The notes: a model not told the origin generated them from the sequence alone. A stretch of 64,000 bases of DNA from an uncultured delta proteobacterium (GCA_963724395.1 CAVRUK010000006.1:2445731-2509730), one strand, 5' to 3'; counted from the stretch's first letter, positions 17,677-27,545 are shown. Numbers and translations are program-made.

Positions 17677-18987
17677 ATGGAAGCAGAAGCGCAGCCGCTC
17701 GTTGTACCTCGGCGGGGGACGGTGACGATGACCAGTATCGAAGAACGCTATCGCGCAGCGACTGAAAAATCCGCGCAACTCGCCAAGCGCGCTGAACGAG
17801 TGATGCCCGGCGGGGACACCCGTACCACCACGTACTATCGGCCCTACCCGCTCACGCTCGAACGCGGCGAAGGACCGTTCGTGTGGGACGTCGACGGCAA
17901 CCGCTACATCGATCTGCTTGGCAACTACACCAGCCTGGTTCACGGCAACGCGTATCCGCCGATCGTCGAGGCGGTGACCAAGGCTGTGCAGGACGGCAGC
18001 GCGTGGCCGGCGCGCTCGGAGGCGCAGATCGAGCTGGCGACGATTCTGTGCGAGCGCGTCGAGTCGGTGGATCGCGTGCGCTTCTGCAATTCAGGGACGG
18101 AAGCCGGGATGCTCGCAGCACACGTGGCGCGCCGCCTCACCGGCCGCAAGCTCATCCTGATGGCGCGCTATGGCTATCATGGATCGTACGAAGATTTGGA
18201 AGTCGGGCTGGCCGGCCAGGACGGCGAGCGCACGATGCTCGCGGATTTCGGCGAAGCCACGGCTTTCGAGGCGCTGTTGTCTGAGCGCGGCACCGAAATT
18301 GCGGCAGTGTTCCTCGAACCGATACTCGGCTCAGCAGGTATCGTCGAACCGCCGGCCGGATTCCTGGGGCGCGTGGCGGAGGCGGCGCATCGCGCAGGCG
18401 CGATGTTCGTCGTCGACGAGGTGATCACGCTGCGGCTGGCCGAAGGCGGCGGGCAGCAGATTTTCGACGTCAAGCCGGACCTGACGATGTTCGGAAAGAT
18501 CATTGGCGGCGGCTTTCCTGTGGGAGCGATCGGCGGCAGCGAGGAAGTGATGTCGGCATTCGATCCTCGCAATCGCGGCTCGATGTATCATGCGGGCACT
18601 TTCAACGGTAATCCTGTCACCTGCGCAGCCGGCGCCGTTTCAGTCCGCGAACTGACGCAGGCGCGAATCGACAAAATGAACAAGCAGGGCGAGCGGCTGG
18701 CCGCCGAACTGGCGCGTGCGGCGCGCCAGGTGGAATTGCCGTTTTCCGTACGACACTGTGGGTCGCTGCTGAACGTGTTTTTTCTCAAGGATCCGCCGCC
18801 CGCGACGATCGCCCGCGATGACGCGCGCGCGGTGGCCAACTTCCATCTGGCTGCCCTCAACCAGGGATTGTTTCTCGCGCCGCGCGGCATGATCGCGCTC
18901 TCGACCGCGATCACCGACGAAGTTCTGAGCGAGATTTGCGAGCGTGCGGCGAAGGCGATGGCCGACGTCGCGCAAGCCTTCGACTAA
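17677..18987 (+). CDS. Class III PLP aminotransferase (GSA-aminomutase-like)
   Basis: WDVDGNRYID, NSGTEA, VDEVIT, PDLTMFGKIIGGGFPVGA, HAGTFNGNP. Confidence 0.9.
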   Translation: MEAEAQPLVVPRRGTVTMTSIEERYRAATEKSAQLAKRAERVMPGGDTRTTTYYRPYPLTLERGEGPFVWDVDGNRYIDLLGNYTSLVHGNAYPPIVEAVTKAVQDGSAWPARSEAQIELATILCERVESVDRVRFCNSGTEAGMLAAHVARRLTGRKLILMARYGYHGSYEDLEVGLAGQDGERTMLADFGEATAFEALLSERGTEIAAVFLEPILGSAGIVEPPAGFLGRVAEAAHRAGAMFVVDEVITLRLAEGGGQQIFDVKPDLTMFGKIIGGGFPVGAIGGSEEVMSAFDPRNRGSMYHAGTFNGNPVTCAAGAVSVRELTQARIDKMNKQGERLAAELARAARQVELPFSVRHCGSLLNVFFLKDPPPATIARDDARAVANFHLAALNQGLFLAPRGMIALSTAITDEVLSEICERAAKAMADVAQAFD

Positions 18988-19008
18988 CGGCAGGCATATT
19001 TGCGGAGG

Positions 19009-19031
19009 CGCATGCGGCGAGCCCGCATGCG
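19009..19031. terminator. Hairpin between convergent genes
   Basis: CGCATGCGG-CGAGC-CCGCATGCG followed by T-rich sequence. Confidence 0.55.
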
Positions 19032-19076
19032 ACTTCCCTTTTCCAGTTTTTAGTTTTCACTGACTGAAGATTCAGT

Positions 19077-19520
19077 TCACGCCGCCTTCAGCTCCGACGT
19101 GCAATGCGGGCATCGCGTCGCGGCGAGCGGGATCGCGGTGGCGCAGTACTGGCAGTCCTTGGTCGAAGGCGGCGCGGGCTTGTCCGCGCCAGTCAGGTGA
19201 TTGATCCATTTCACGAGAATAAAGACCGCGAACGCGATTATCACGAAGTCGACGATCGTGTTGAGGAACAATCCGATGTTCAGCGTCGGCGCGCCCGCCT
19301 TCTTCGCGTCCGCGATCGTCTCGTAATGCTTCGACGATAGATTGATGAACAGGTTTGAGAAATCGACCGCACCGAGCGCAAGGCCGATCGGCGGCATCAG
19401 GATGTCGGTGGTGAACGAGGTGACGATTTTCCCGAACGCCGCGCCGACCACGAAGCCGACCGCGAGATCGATCACGTTGCCCTTGATTGCGAATTGCTTG
19501 AACTCTGAGAGCATCGACAT
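19077..19520 (-). CDS. mscL: Large-conductance mechanosensitive channel with C-terminal CxxC..CxxC
   Basis: [30 protein letters not shown]; tail CQYC...CPHC. Confidence 0.95.
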   Translation of the reverse strand: MSMLSEFKQFAIKGNVIDLAVGFVVGAAFGKIVTSFTTDILMPPIGLALGAVDFSNLFINLSSKHYETIADAKKAGAPTLNIGLFLNTIVDFVIIAFAVFILVKWINHLTGADKPAPPSTKDCQYCATAIPLAATRCPHCTSELKAA

Positions 19521-19715
19521 GAATGCATCCTCCGTTGGACCGTCGGATTGGCAAAGAACCTCGCCTACAAAAGCATCGCGCCGCGCCGATGTAAACGGTT
19601 CAGCATAGGATTGCCGCGACTCTCGATTGACTTTTCAGAAACGCATCTGGTAGCCGATAGCACAGGACTTTGCTGCGGCTATGTTTGTATCCGTGCATCG
19701 TCGGGAGGCCATCCG

Positions 19716-20837
19716 ATGGGATCAGTGCACATCAAGGACGAAGAGCGGGTCGGTTCGCAAGCTAAATTCAAGCTTGAGCCCTCGGTCTATCTGCAGAAAC
19801 TTTACGAATCCGGCACGCCTGACCTCGGCTGGATGAACCAGATGGGCGAATGGGGCGTGCGTGCCAAGCCCGGCAACCTCGGCCTGCGTCTGAAGGACAT
19901 CGAGATCGGCAGCTACGGAATTATCCCCGAGCACGGCGGAGCCCATCGCTCGATGGCGCCGCGCGGCGCGGTGATTTCCGACGACCTGCCCTCGCTCGGC
20001 TTCACGATCAACGAAAAGGCCGAATGCTGGGCCGACAACGTCACCGAGCTCTATGAAGAGGCGGTCGCGCGCCAGTGGAGCTCCGCGCGCGACATCCCGT
20101 GGACGGAACTCAAGCCGCTGCCCGACGATCTCGAACGCGCGATGTGCCAGTTGTGCACCTTCCTGACCGAGGTGGAATTCATCGCGGCCGACGCGCCGAC
20201 GCGATGGATGGGGCAGATGAATCACGACTTCTTCGAAGTGAAAATGTTCCTCGCCACGCAGGCGATGGACGAGGCGCGTCACATGGATGTGTTTCGAAAG
20301 CGCGCGCTCGCCAACGGCGGCGGACTCGGCAAGGCCAGCCCTATCAGCGAGCTGTCCCTCAAGCGAATCTTCGACTGTCCGAGTTTCTCCGCACAGACCG
20401 GCCGCCTGCAGTTGCTCGGCGAAGGATTCGTGCTGACGATGTTCCGCCAGGGCGAGTTCCTGGCGCCGAGCCGCGTCGATCAGGAAATTTTCCGGCGTTG
20501 CATGCAGGATGAATCGCGGCACGTCGGATTTGGCACGATGCATCTGCGCGCGCAGCTCAAGGCGAATCCCGCGGTGGCCGAAGAGCTTCACGAACAGCTC
20601 GACGACGCCGAGCGGATTCTGCTCGAGACTTTTAGCGTGCCGGAGGCGGTCGAGCCGATGGCGATCCTGATGGGCGGCGGAATCGACAACTTCGACAAGG
20701 GGATGGAACTTCAGGGACAGTTGTGGCGCCGAATCGTGCACGAGTACCTGCAGCGGTGCGACTCGGCCGGACTCGACCGGCGTCCGCGATGCATCCTGCC
20801 GACGGATTTCAACAAGCTGTTCGAAGCCAGCGCCTGA
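19716..20837 (+). CDS. Ferritin-like diiron-carboxylate protein, unknown function
   Basis: Ligand pattern E(FLTEVE)...DEARH...E(LGEG)...DESRH; GGGAGG RBS. Confidence 0.85.
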   Translation: MGSVHIKDEERVGSQAKFKLEPSVYLQKLYESGTPDLGWMNQMGEWGVRAKPGNLGLRLKDIEIGSYGIIPEHGGAHRSMAPRGAVISDDLPSLGFTINEKAECWADNVTELYEEAVARQWSSARDIPWTELKPLPDDLERAMCQLCTFLTEVEFIAADAPTRWMGQMNHDFFEVKMFLATQAMDEARHMDVFRKRALANGGGLGKASPISELSLKRIFDCPSFSAQTGRLQLLGEGFVLTMFRQGEFLAPSRVDQEIFRRCMQDESRHVGFGTMHLRAQLKANPAVAEELHEQLDDAERILLETFSVPEAVEPMAILMGGGIDNFDKGMELQGQLWRRIVHEYLQRCDSAGLDRRPRCILPTDFNKLFEASA

Positions 20838-21277
20838 TGTCGTCGTTTCCCGATTCAGAGTGGTTCCGCACCCTGGGCAGGTTGATGCATGCCGAGGGTG
20901 AACTTTTCAGGCGGCTCGGCTACGCGGAGACGCGCTTCGCGGTGCGGATCGTGCCGAACAACACCGGCAACGGCGGCGATCGGATTGTGGGCCTCGTGAT
21001 CGACGGCTATCAGCTGACAGAAGCGAAGCCGGTCGTCGATCTCAACGAGTACGATCCTGACTTTGTGATCTGCGGCAAGCGCGAGATTTGGGATCGCATG
21101 CTCGGCGAGATTGCCGAGCACGGCCGCCCGCAGCTCCGGCATACACTGAGTTCACTCGCACTGGTGGGCGAGGAGCTCTGGCTTGAATCCACGGATCAGT
21201 TGCGCGAGGACAAGTTCTACCGCTTCAATCAAACGCTGCAGGAACTTCTGAATCTCGCCGCAAAAGTGCGCGACTAA
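20837..21277 (+). CDS. SCP2-like hypothetical protein coupled to the diiron gene
   Basis: TGATG overlap; FPxxEWF start and PDFVI.G..E.W resemble SCP2-fold proteins. Confidence 0.6.
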   Translation: MSSFPDSEWFRTLGRLMHAEGELFRRLGYAETRFAVRIVPNNTGNGGDRIVGLVIDGYQLTEAKPVVDLNEYDPDFVICGKREIWDRMLGEIAEHGRPQLRHTLSSLALVGEELWLESTDQLREDKFYRFNQTLQELLNLAAKVRD

Positions 21278-21295
21278 TTGCGGCGACTCGACGAA

Positions 21296-21421
21296 CTATC
21301 GCCTCGTCACGGCGGATGAACTTGCGATTCGGGTCATGCCGGAATTCGTCGCGGCCATCACCGTGCCAAACATGATTACTGCGGACAGGATCGCGGCGAA
21401 GATAAAGCCCCCGGTTTTCAT
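21296..21421 (-). CDS. Unannotated 41-aa small membrane/secreted peptide
   Basis: AGAGGA RBS then MKTGGFIFAAILSAVIMFGTVMAATNSGMTRIASSSAVTRR*. Confidence 0.5.
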   Translation of the reverse strand: MKTGGFIFAAILSAVIMFGTVMAATNSGMTRIASSSAVTRR

Positions 21422-21496
21422 CTGCATTCCTCTGTTGAGGAATACGCACGGTGTGACCGCCGGTTACGCAAAATAAAGCGCTTTGCCCATTGGCGT

Positions 21497-22426
21497 TTAT
21501 GCCGCCTTGACGACGAAATCGTCCGCATCGGCCCTGCCGTCCCCGCCCCTGCCGCGCGGCGTGCCGTGGCGAACGTCGGTCGCAAGGCCAAGCTTCTCCA
21601 GTGCCAGTATCAGCATGTAGCCGGCGTCGGGTTGGCGCCAGCTCCATCCCAGCCGCGCGGAACCGGGGCGCGCATGATGGTTACGATGCCAGTTCTCGCC
21701 CTGAAACAGATGCATCAGCGCGAGCCACCTTACGTTGCGGCTCGAATCCTCGCCCACCTCGATGCCCGGTTCGGTGTGGCAGACGCTGTTGACGAAACAT
21801 TGCGCGTGTAGTCCGAAGCACAAGCGGATCGCGCCCAGCCAGAAGAATGCCGCGGGGCTGAAATACAAACCGCCGAGATATGAGAGCGTGAGAATCGGCA
21901 CTTGGAACCATCGCCACGCTCGATACGAAACGCCGTTGAGATCGGGGCAGTAACGATCGATAGGTGGCTCGCCGGCTTGCCAAAGCCATCGCATATGCGC
22001 CCACCAGAAACCGCCCCAAACCGGGCTCGAGATGTCTTCCGGGGTGTCAGCCTTCGCGTGATGCAACCGATGGCCGGCGGCCCACGTGGTCGGCGCGCCC
22101 GAGCCGTTGAACATCGCAAAGAATATCAGCACTCCGCGCGCCCACGGATTAAGCGTGAGCGAGCGATGCGCGATCGCGCGATGGTATCCGACCGTGGTGC
22201 CGAGTCCGCCGATGAACACCAGCGCCACCGCGCCGAGAAATACGTGCCAGCCGGGAATCGGGTACAGCACGAGTCCAATCGCGGCGGTAAGATGAATGAG
22301 AAGAACCCAGAACAGTATCGAAATGTCGCGACCCGCGGCATGCCACCACGGCTTCTTCCACGGCTCGGTCTTTAGGTTTTCGGTCGTGCTCAACGTCGTG
22401 AAAGCTGATGCCATTCGTTTCTCCAC
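21497..22426 (-). CDS. Membrane fatty-acid (delta-9-like) desaturase
   Basis: His boxes GYHRAIAH, HRLHH, WHRNHH; GGFWWAHM. Confidence 0.92.
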   Translation of the reverse strand: MEKRMASAFTTLSTTENLKTEPWKKPWWHAAGRDISILFWVLLIHLTAAIGLVLYPIPGWHVFLGAVALVFIGGLGTTVGYHRAIAHRSLTLNPWARGVLIFFAMFNGSGAPTTWAAGHRLHHAKADTPEDISSPVWGGFWWAHMRWLWQAGEPPIDRYCPDLNGVSYRAWRWFQVPILTLSYLGGLYFSPAAFFWLGAIRLCFGLHAQCFVNSVCHTEPGIEVGEDSSRNVRWLALMHLFQGENWHRNHHARPGSARLGWSWRQPDAGYMLILALEKLGLATDVRHGTPRGRGGDGRADADDFVVKAA

Positions 22427-22713
22427 CTTCTGAATTTTACCTGCACCGACACCCGTGCCCCCTGTAGTTCTGCACGGATGTTGATGCCTCGGGCTGCCAG
22501 GCGCGCGTGCGCGCGTCCCTGATTGCCATCAGCATCAGCACATTTTCACTTTTAACCGGGATGCCTTCGATTCTAAGGCGGGGAGCGGAATGTGCTTGCC
22601 GTCGCGGACTAAAACACTACAGCATACAAACGCCGCGCGCCACACGTGGTTGCATAAACACCACATGTCGCGCCGGTTAAACTTTGTCATATGTCCCTGT
22701 ATAACACGGCGAA

Positions 22714-23919
22714 TTAGCGCCACCCGCTCATCGCAAGACCGACTAGCCCGCCACCGATCACCAGCCAAGCGGAATTCACGCGATAGCGAATCAGGATAAA
22801 CGCGCTCGATGCTGCCAGCAGTATCGTCGTGACGTCGACGATCGCGGCGCGCGCCAGAAACAACGTCACCGCCGCCATCAATGCCCACGCGCCCACGTTG
22901 ACGCCGTCGAGAAACGCGCCCGCGAGCGCGGAGCGGCGCAGATGCGGGATCAAGGGCCCGCTGATCGACACGAAGAAAAACGACGGCAGAAAAATTCCCA
23001 GTGTCGCGACCACCGCGCCGCGAAATCCACCCAGGAGGTAGCCGATAAAAGTCGCGGTCGTGAACACCGGCCCCGGCGTGACCTGGCCTACGGCGACCGC
23101 GTCGAGCAACTGCGCCTCGGTCAGCCATCGCAATCGATCCACCAGGTCGGTGCGCAGGAACGCCAGCAATACATAGCCGCTGCCGAACAGCACCGCGCCC
23201 ACTTTCAGGAAGAACAGAAACAGAGTGACCAGACTGAACGGTACTGCGACCACCGCCGCGGCGAGCGCGGCTCCTTTCGCGCCGGAGCCACGCGTGGCGA
23301 CGGTCGGGATTGCGGCCAGCATCGCGCGCATGCCCGCGCGATCTTCGACGGCGCGAATCGCGAGCATCACGACTCCTCCGCCGAGCAGAACGATCATATC
23401 GTTCACGTCGAAGAGCGACGCGGCCAGCGTAACGATCGCGAGCGCCGCAAGCAGACGCGATTTGATCGCAGTGCGGCCGAGTCCCCACAACGCCTGCAGT
23501 ACCACTGCGATGATCACGGGCTTGATGCCGTAGAGCAGGCCGACCGCCTGCGGCATCGTGCCGAAACGCACATACATCCACGCGATCGCCAACACAATCG
23601 CCGCGGCCGGCAGAATGAAACATGCACCCGCGACGACGAGGCCTGCGAATCCCGCCCGCAGTTGGCCGATATGAATTGCCATCTCGGTCGAGTTAGGCCC
23701 GGGAATCAGGTTGCAGACGCCGAGCATGTCGAGGAAGCGCTCGTGCGTCATCCATCGCCGGCGGCGAACAACTTCGTCCTCCATCATCGCGATATGCGCG
23801 GCCGGACCGCCCATCGCAAGCGTACCGAGTCGAAGAAACAACACGGCCAGCTCCCGCAGTGCATCGCTACGCGCCGGGGGCGCGGGCTCGCCGATGGTCT
23901 GAGAATTCGATTCGTTCAT
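22714..23919 (-). CDS. chrA: Chromate efflux transporter
   Basis: GGPAAHIAM, IPGPNSTE, FGSGYVL, GQVTPGP. Confidence 0.93.
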   Translation of the reverse strand: MNESNSQTIGEPAPPARSDALRELAVLFLRLGTLAMGGPAAHIAMMEDEVVRRRRWMTHERFLDMLGVCNLIPGPNSTEMAIHIGQLRAGFAGLVVAGACFILPAAAIVLAIAWMYVRFGTMPQAVGLLYGIKPVIIAVVLQALWGLGRTAIKSRLLAALAIVTLAASLFDVNDMIVLLGGGVVMLAIRAVEDRAGMRAMLAAIPTVATRGSGAKGAALAAAVVAVPFSLVTLFLFFLKVGAVLFGSGYVLLAFLRTDLVDRLRWLTEAQLLDAVAVGQVTPGPVFTTATFIGYLLGGFRGAVVATLGIFLPSFFFVSISGPLIPHLRRSALAGAFLDGVNVGAWALMAAVTLFLARAAIVDVTTILLAASSAFILIRYRVNSAWLVIGGGLVGLAMSGWR

Positions 23920-24012
23920 GCGACTGCGGATCAGATGATCACGAATCGTCAACACATTTCCACCGTTTGCGCTTTGTCATTCGTGCAGGCGTGCGATATG
24001 GATCGAGCCACT

Positions 24013-24900
24013 ATGCCATCGCAACCAACGCAACGAGTTGTACGCGCATCGAACTTGAACTTCACCGTGCTCGAGATGGGCGAGACAAAAGCTCCGCTGG
24101 TGCTGTGCCTGCACGGCTTCCCTGATACCGCGCACTCGTTTCGCCATCAGATGCCCGCGCTGGCCGCCGCCGGATACCACTGCGTCGCGCCGTTCATGCG
24201 CGGCTACTCGCCGACCGAGCCCGCGCCCGACGGCCGCTACGACTCGGCCGCGTTGTCGGAGGACGCACTCGCGCTGATTACCGCGCTCGGCTACAAGGAC
24301 GCGATCGTGTTCGGCCACGATTGGGGCGCGGTCGCGGCCTACAGCGCCGCATCCGCATCGCCTGATCGCGTCACCAGGCTCGTCACGGCGGCAGTGGGCT
24401 ACGGCTCGAAATTTTTCGAGGCGCTGGTGACCAACTACGCGCAGCAGCGCCGCTCCTGGTACATGTTTTTCTTTCAGACGAAGATTGCCGACGCCGCGGT
24501 CAGCTTCAACGACTTCGCGTTTCTGGAAAAGCTGTGGACCGACTGGTCGCCAGGCTGGAAATGGGCGCCCGAGGACCTCGAAGCACTCAAGCGATCCTTC
24601 CGCGCCAAGGGCACGCTCGAGGCCGCGCTTGGCTACTATCGCGCCACGCTCGGCCCGGTGTTCAACATGCCGGTAGATCCGAAAATGCTGGCGTCCGCGA
24701 TGAACACCCCGATCAACGTGCCCGCGATGATGCTTCACGGGCGCGACGACGGATGCATCGGTGCGGAAACGCTCAACGGCATGGAGAAGCTGTTTCCCAA
24801 GGGCTTGAAAATCGAGCTGATACCGAACGCCGGCCATTTCGTTCACCAGGAGCACCCCGATCACGTCAATCAACTGGTGCTGAAGTTCCTGAAGTCCTGA
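24013..24900 (+). CDS. Alpha/beta hydrolase, epoxide-hydrolase type
   Basis: HGFP, GHDWG nucleophile, lid Tyr in SWYMFFFQ and GYYRA, GHFVHQE. Confidence 0.88.
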   Translation: MPSQPTQRVVRASNLNFTVLEMGETKAPLVLCLHGFPDTAHSFRHQMPALAAAGYHCVAPFMRGYSPTEPAPDGRYDSAALSEDALALITALGYKDAIVFGHDWGAVAAYSAASASPDRVTRLVTAAVGYGSKFFEALVTNYAQQRRSWYMFFFQTKIADAAVSFNDFAFLEKLWTDWSPGWKWAPEDLEALKRSFRAKGTLEAALGYYRATLGPVFNMPVDPKMLASAMNTPINVPAMMLHGRDDGCIGAETLNGMEKLFPKGLKIELIPNAGHFVHQEHPDHVNQLVLKFLKS

Positions 24901-24943
24901 TAGGGTTAGGTGGTTCTCCGTCTTGTCTGCTAAATCCTGACTC

Positions 24944-25555
24944 ATGGCCGACGAACTCCTGACCATCAAGCTCTACTACGACTACAAAAGTCCGTTCACT
25001 TTTCTCGCAATGCATCCCGCGTACGCGCTGATGGAATCGCATCGCGTCCGCCTCCATTACATCCCGCACGAACTCAACATCCGCGGCGCCTTCGGCGGCG
25101 ATCTCGACGAGCGGCCCGAGCGCGAGTGGCGCAAAGTCCGCTACCTCTACCTGGACGCTCGCCGCTACGCGAACGCGCGCGGCATGATCATCCGCGGCCC
25201 GCAAAAAATCTTCGACTCCAAACTTTCTCTGATGTCGGGTTTGTGGGCTGACAAGCACGGCCTCTTCCGCCCCTACTCCGACCGCGTCTTCGAGCGCTTC
25301 TTCAAACGCGAGCTCGACATTGAAAACCCAGCCGCGCTCGCCGCAGTGATGAAAGAAACCGGCCTCGACGCCGACGCCTTCAACCGCTACGCACTTCACG
25401 ACGGGCCCCGCGAACTGTCCGAGGCCGCAGCCGCCGGCGATCGCGACGGTGTGTTCGGCGTGCCGACTTTCATCGTCGATGGCGAGCCATTTTGGGGAAA
25501 CGACCGTGTCGAATGGGTCGTCAGGAAGCTCGACGCAATGGGTCTGCGGAGGTAG
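24944..25555 (+). CDS. 2-hydroxychromene-2-carboxylate isomerase / kappa-GST (DsbA-like)
   Basis: YYDYKSPFTFLA, GVFGVPTF, FWGNDR. Confidence 0.88.
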   Translation: MADELLTIKLYYDYKSPFTFLAMHPAYALMESHRVRLHYIPHELNIRGAFGGDLDERPEREWRKVRYLYLDARRYANARGMIIRGPQKIFDSKLSLMSGLWADKHGLFRPYSDRVFERFFKRELDIENPAALAAVMKETGLDADAFNRYALHDGPRELSEAAAAGDRDGVFGVPTFIVDGEPFWGNDRVEWVVRKLDAMGLRR

Positions 25556-25561
25556 ACGCCG

Positions 25562-25985
25562 ATGAGCGAATACCAGTTCTATGCACTGACAACCGTCATT
25601 CTTGTTTTTCAAGATGCTCTCGATCTCGGTCGTCCAGGGGGTTGCCCGCGCTAGCACAAAAACCTTCGTGACCGCGGAAGACGCCGAGTTCTTCGCGCAC
25701 GCGCCGCCCGCGCAGGAAGAGGCGCCGATCGTCAAGCGCGCCAACAATGCCTGGCGCAACGACCTGGAGAACATCCCGATTTTTCTGTTCCTCGGCTTGA
25801 TCTACGTGACGCTCGGACTCTGGCCGGGGGGAGCGTTCATCTATTTCACCATCTTCGTCGTCGCGCGGATTCTTCACACGATTATGTTCCTGCTCGGCTT
25901 GCAACCATGGCGCACGATTTTTTTCACCTTCGGAATGGCAGTCTGTATCATCCTTTCCATCAACATATTGACGGCGGTGCTGTAG
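25562..25985 (+). CDS. MAPEG family protein (+1 indel near 25599-25609)
   Basis: MSEYQFYALTTVI then +1 frame LFFKM...RANNAWRNDLENIPIF, ARILHT. Confidence 0.8.
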
Positions 25986-25987
25986 CT

Positions 25988-26383
25988 ATGAAACCGATTC
26001 CAATTGGAACCAAGGGTAGTCACGCGAAGACCGTCGCCACCGCCGACCTCGCCAGCCATCTCGACGCCTCGCTCGCCGCCGTTCTGTCCACGCCCACGAT
26101 GGTCGCGATGATGGAGCAGGCCGCCATCGAAGCGATCAAGCCGTTTCTCGACGCCGGGGAAAGCTCGGTCGGCATGTCGATCGAAGTCAGTCACACTGCC
26201 GCGACGCCGCCGGGTCATCGCGCTCGCGCCGAAGCTGAAGTCACGAAGGTCGATGGCCGCCGCCTCGAGTTCGCCGTGCGCGCTTTCGATGATGTCGAGC
26301 AGATTGGCTCGGGGAGCCATCGGCGCGCCGTAATCGACGCCGCCAAGTTCAACGATCGAATCAAAACCAAGCAGAAACACTAG
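25988..26383 (+). CDS. FlK-like hotdog thioesterase
   Basis: VLSTPTMVAMMEQA, SVG..I.VSHTAAT, G.HRRA. Confidence 0.88.
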   Translation: MKPIPIGTKGSHAKTVATADLASHLDASLAAVLSTPTMVAMMEQAAIEAIKPFLDAGESSVGMSIEVSHTAATPPGHRARAEAEVTKVDGRRLEFAVRAFDDVEQIGSGSHRRAVIDAAKFNDRIKTKQKH

Positions 26384-26402
26384 TACGCGCAGGACAATCA
26401 CG

Positions 26403-27284
26403 ATGGCTAACGAACTTTTCGACCGCAAGGAAGTGTACGTCGGACGCGATTTCGGCGGCGTTACCTACGACATCACGCCCGATCTCGTCGCGACCTACGT
26501 CGCCGGCACCGGCGACCACAATCCGTGGTACCGCGGCCCCTCTCCCCTCGCCGGCGCGGTCGCTCCGGCGCTGATTCTCCACAGCGCCGTTTACCAAACG
26601 CTCGGTTGGTATCTGCCGAACATCTACGGCAACCTCCACGCGCGCCAGGAATGGAGCATCTTCGCGCCCGTGATGGTTGGCGAGCGGCTGACGACTCGCG
26701 CCGTCATCGTCGACCGCTACGTCAAGCGCGATCGCGAATACGTCGTGAACGAAGTCCTGGTCGGCAACGCGTCGGGACAGATCGTCTCGCGCAGCCGCAC
26801 CCATCAAAGCTTCCTGCTGCCCGAACAAACCAGGCAGGGTTTCGTCATCGATCGCACGCGCGAGAAGGATTCGTCGCGCTCATTCAAAATCGGCGAGCGC
26901 GGCGGCGATCCCATCGACGCCCCGATGCGCAAGATCACCGAAGACATGTGCATGGCCTTCTCAGGACCGGCGCGCAACTACCACAACGACAAGCAAAAGG
27001 CTGTCGAACTGGGATTTCCGGAAATCGTCGTGCAAGGGATGCTCTCGGTATGCCTGGTCGCCGAAATGATGACGAAACGTTTCGGTCTCGGCTTCCTCTA
27101 CGGCGGCAAGATGGACCTGCGGCTCGTCAACGTCGTATGGGGTAACGACATCACCGGACCAAAGGGCTTGATCGTCGAGCGTCTCCGCGAAGGCAGCCGT
27201 ACACGCGCCGAAGTCGAAGTATGGTGCGACAAGGCCGACGGAACCAAAACGATCGTCGGCAGCGCCAGCGCGCTCGAACTGTAG
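26403..27284 (+). CDS. Double-hotdog MaoC-family dehydratase
   Basis: GDHNPWY, LHARQEW, NYHND..A.ELGF..IVVQGM. Confidence 0.85.
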   Translation: MANELFDRKEVYVGRDFGGVTYDITPDLVATYVAGTGDHNPWYRGPSPLAGAVAPALILHSAVYQTLGWYLPNIYGNLHARQEWSIFAPVMVGERLTTRAVIVDRYVKRDREYVVNEVLVGNASGQIVSRSRTHQSFLLPEQTRQGFVIDRTREKDSSRSFKIGERGGDPIDAPMRKITEDMCMAFSGPARNYHNDKQKAVELGFPEIVVQGMLSVCLVAEMMTKRFGLGFLYGGKMDLRLVNVVWGNDITGPKGLIVERLREGSRTRAEVEVWCDKADGTKTIVGSASALEL

Positions 27285-27313
27285 CGCGGGCCTGCTCGCG
27301 CCGTTACTCAGTT

Positions 27314-27541
27314 GTGCGGGCGCAACTTTTTCTCGCCGCCGTCGCAGCCGCGCTGTTGGTCGCAGGATGCGCCAATCGATGCGACTACGCGGAGACCAAA
27401 TGCCAGTACCAGTGCAAACGCAACTACCAGGTGTGCGAACTACATGGTAATGACGAATTCTATTGTCGGAATGAAATAGGTAATTGCTTCACTGAATGCG
27501 GTATCGACCGCACTAGTTGTCATTCGTGGCTGTGGTACTGA
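27314..27541 (+). CDS. Small Cys-rich lipoprotein
   Basis: LLVAGC lipobox then CX6CX3CX6C-X9-CX6CX3CX6C. Confidence 0.65.
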   Translation: MRAQLFLAAVAAALLVAGCANRCDYAETKCQYQCKRNYQVCELHGNDEFYCRNEIGNCFTECGIDRTSCHSWLWY

Positions 27542-27545
27542 ATGA

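Noticed and set aside
17677-18987. Calling this gene hemL
   Set aside because: N-terminus is PGGDTR rather than PGGVNSPVR, and there is no heme-gene context
22942-24012. N-terminal extension of the 652-aa ORF
   Set aside because: Antisense to chrA; the hydrolase domain begins near 23998-24013
24013-26383. Organofluorine pathway (dehalogenase, FlK, crcB)
   Set aside because: The hydrolase has GHDWG and epoxide-hydrolase tyrosines, not the GHDRG of fluoroacetate dehalogenases; FlK-like folds are widespread; crcB is over 7 kb away
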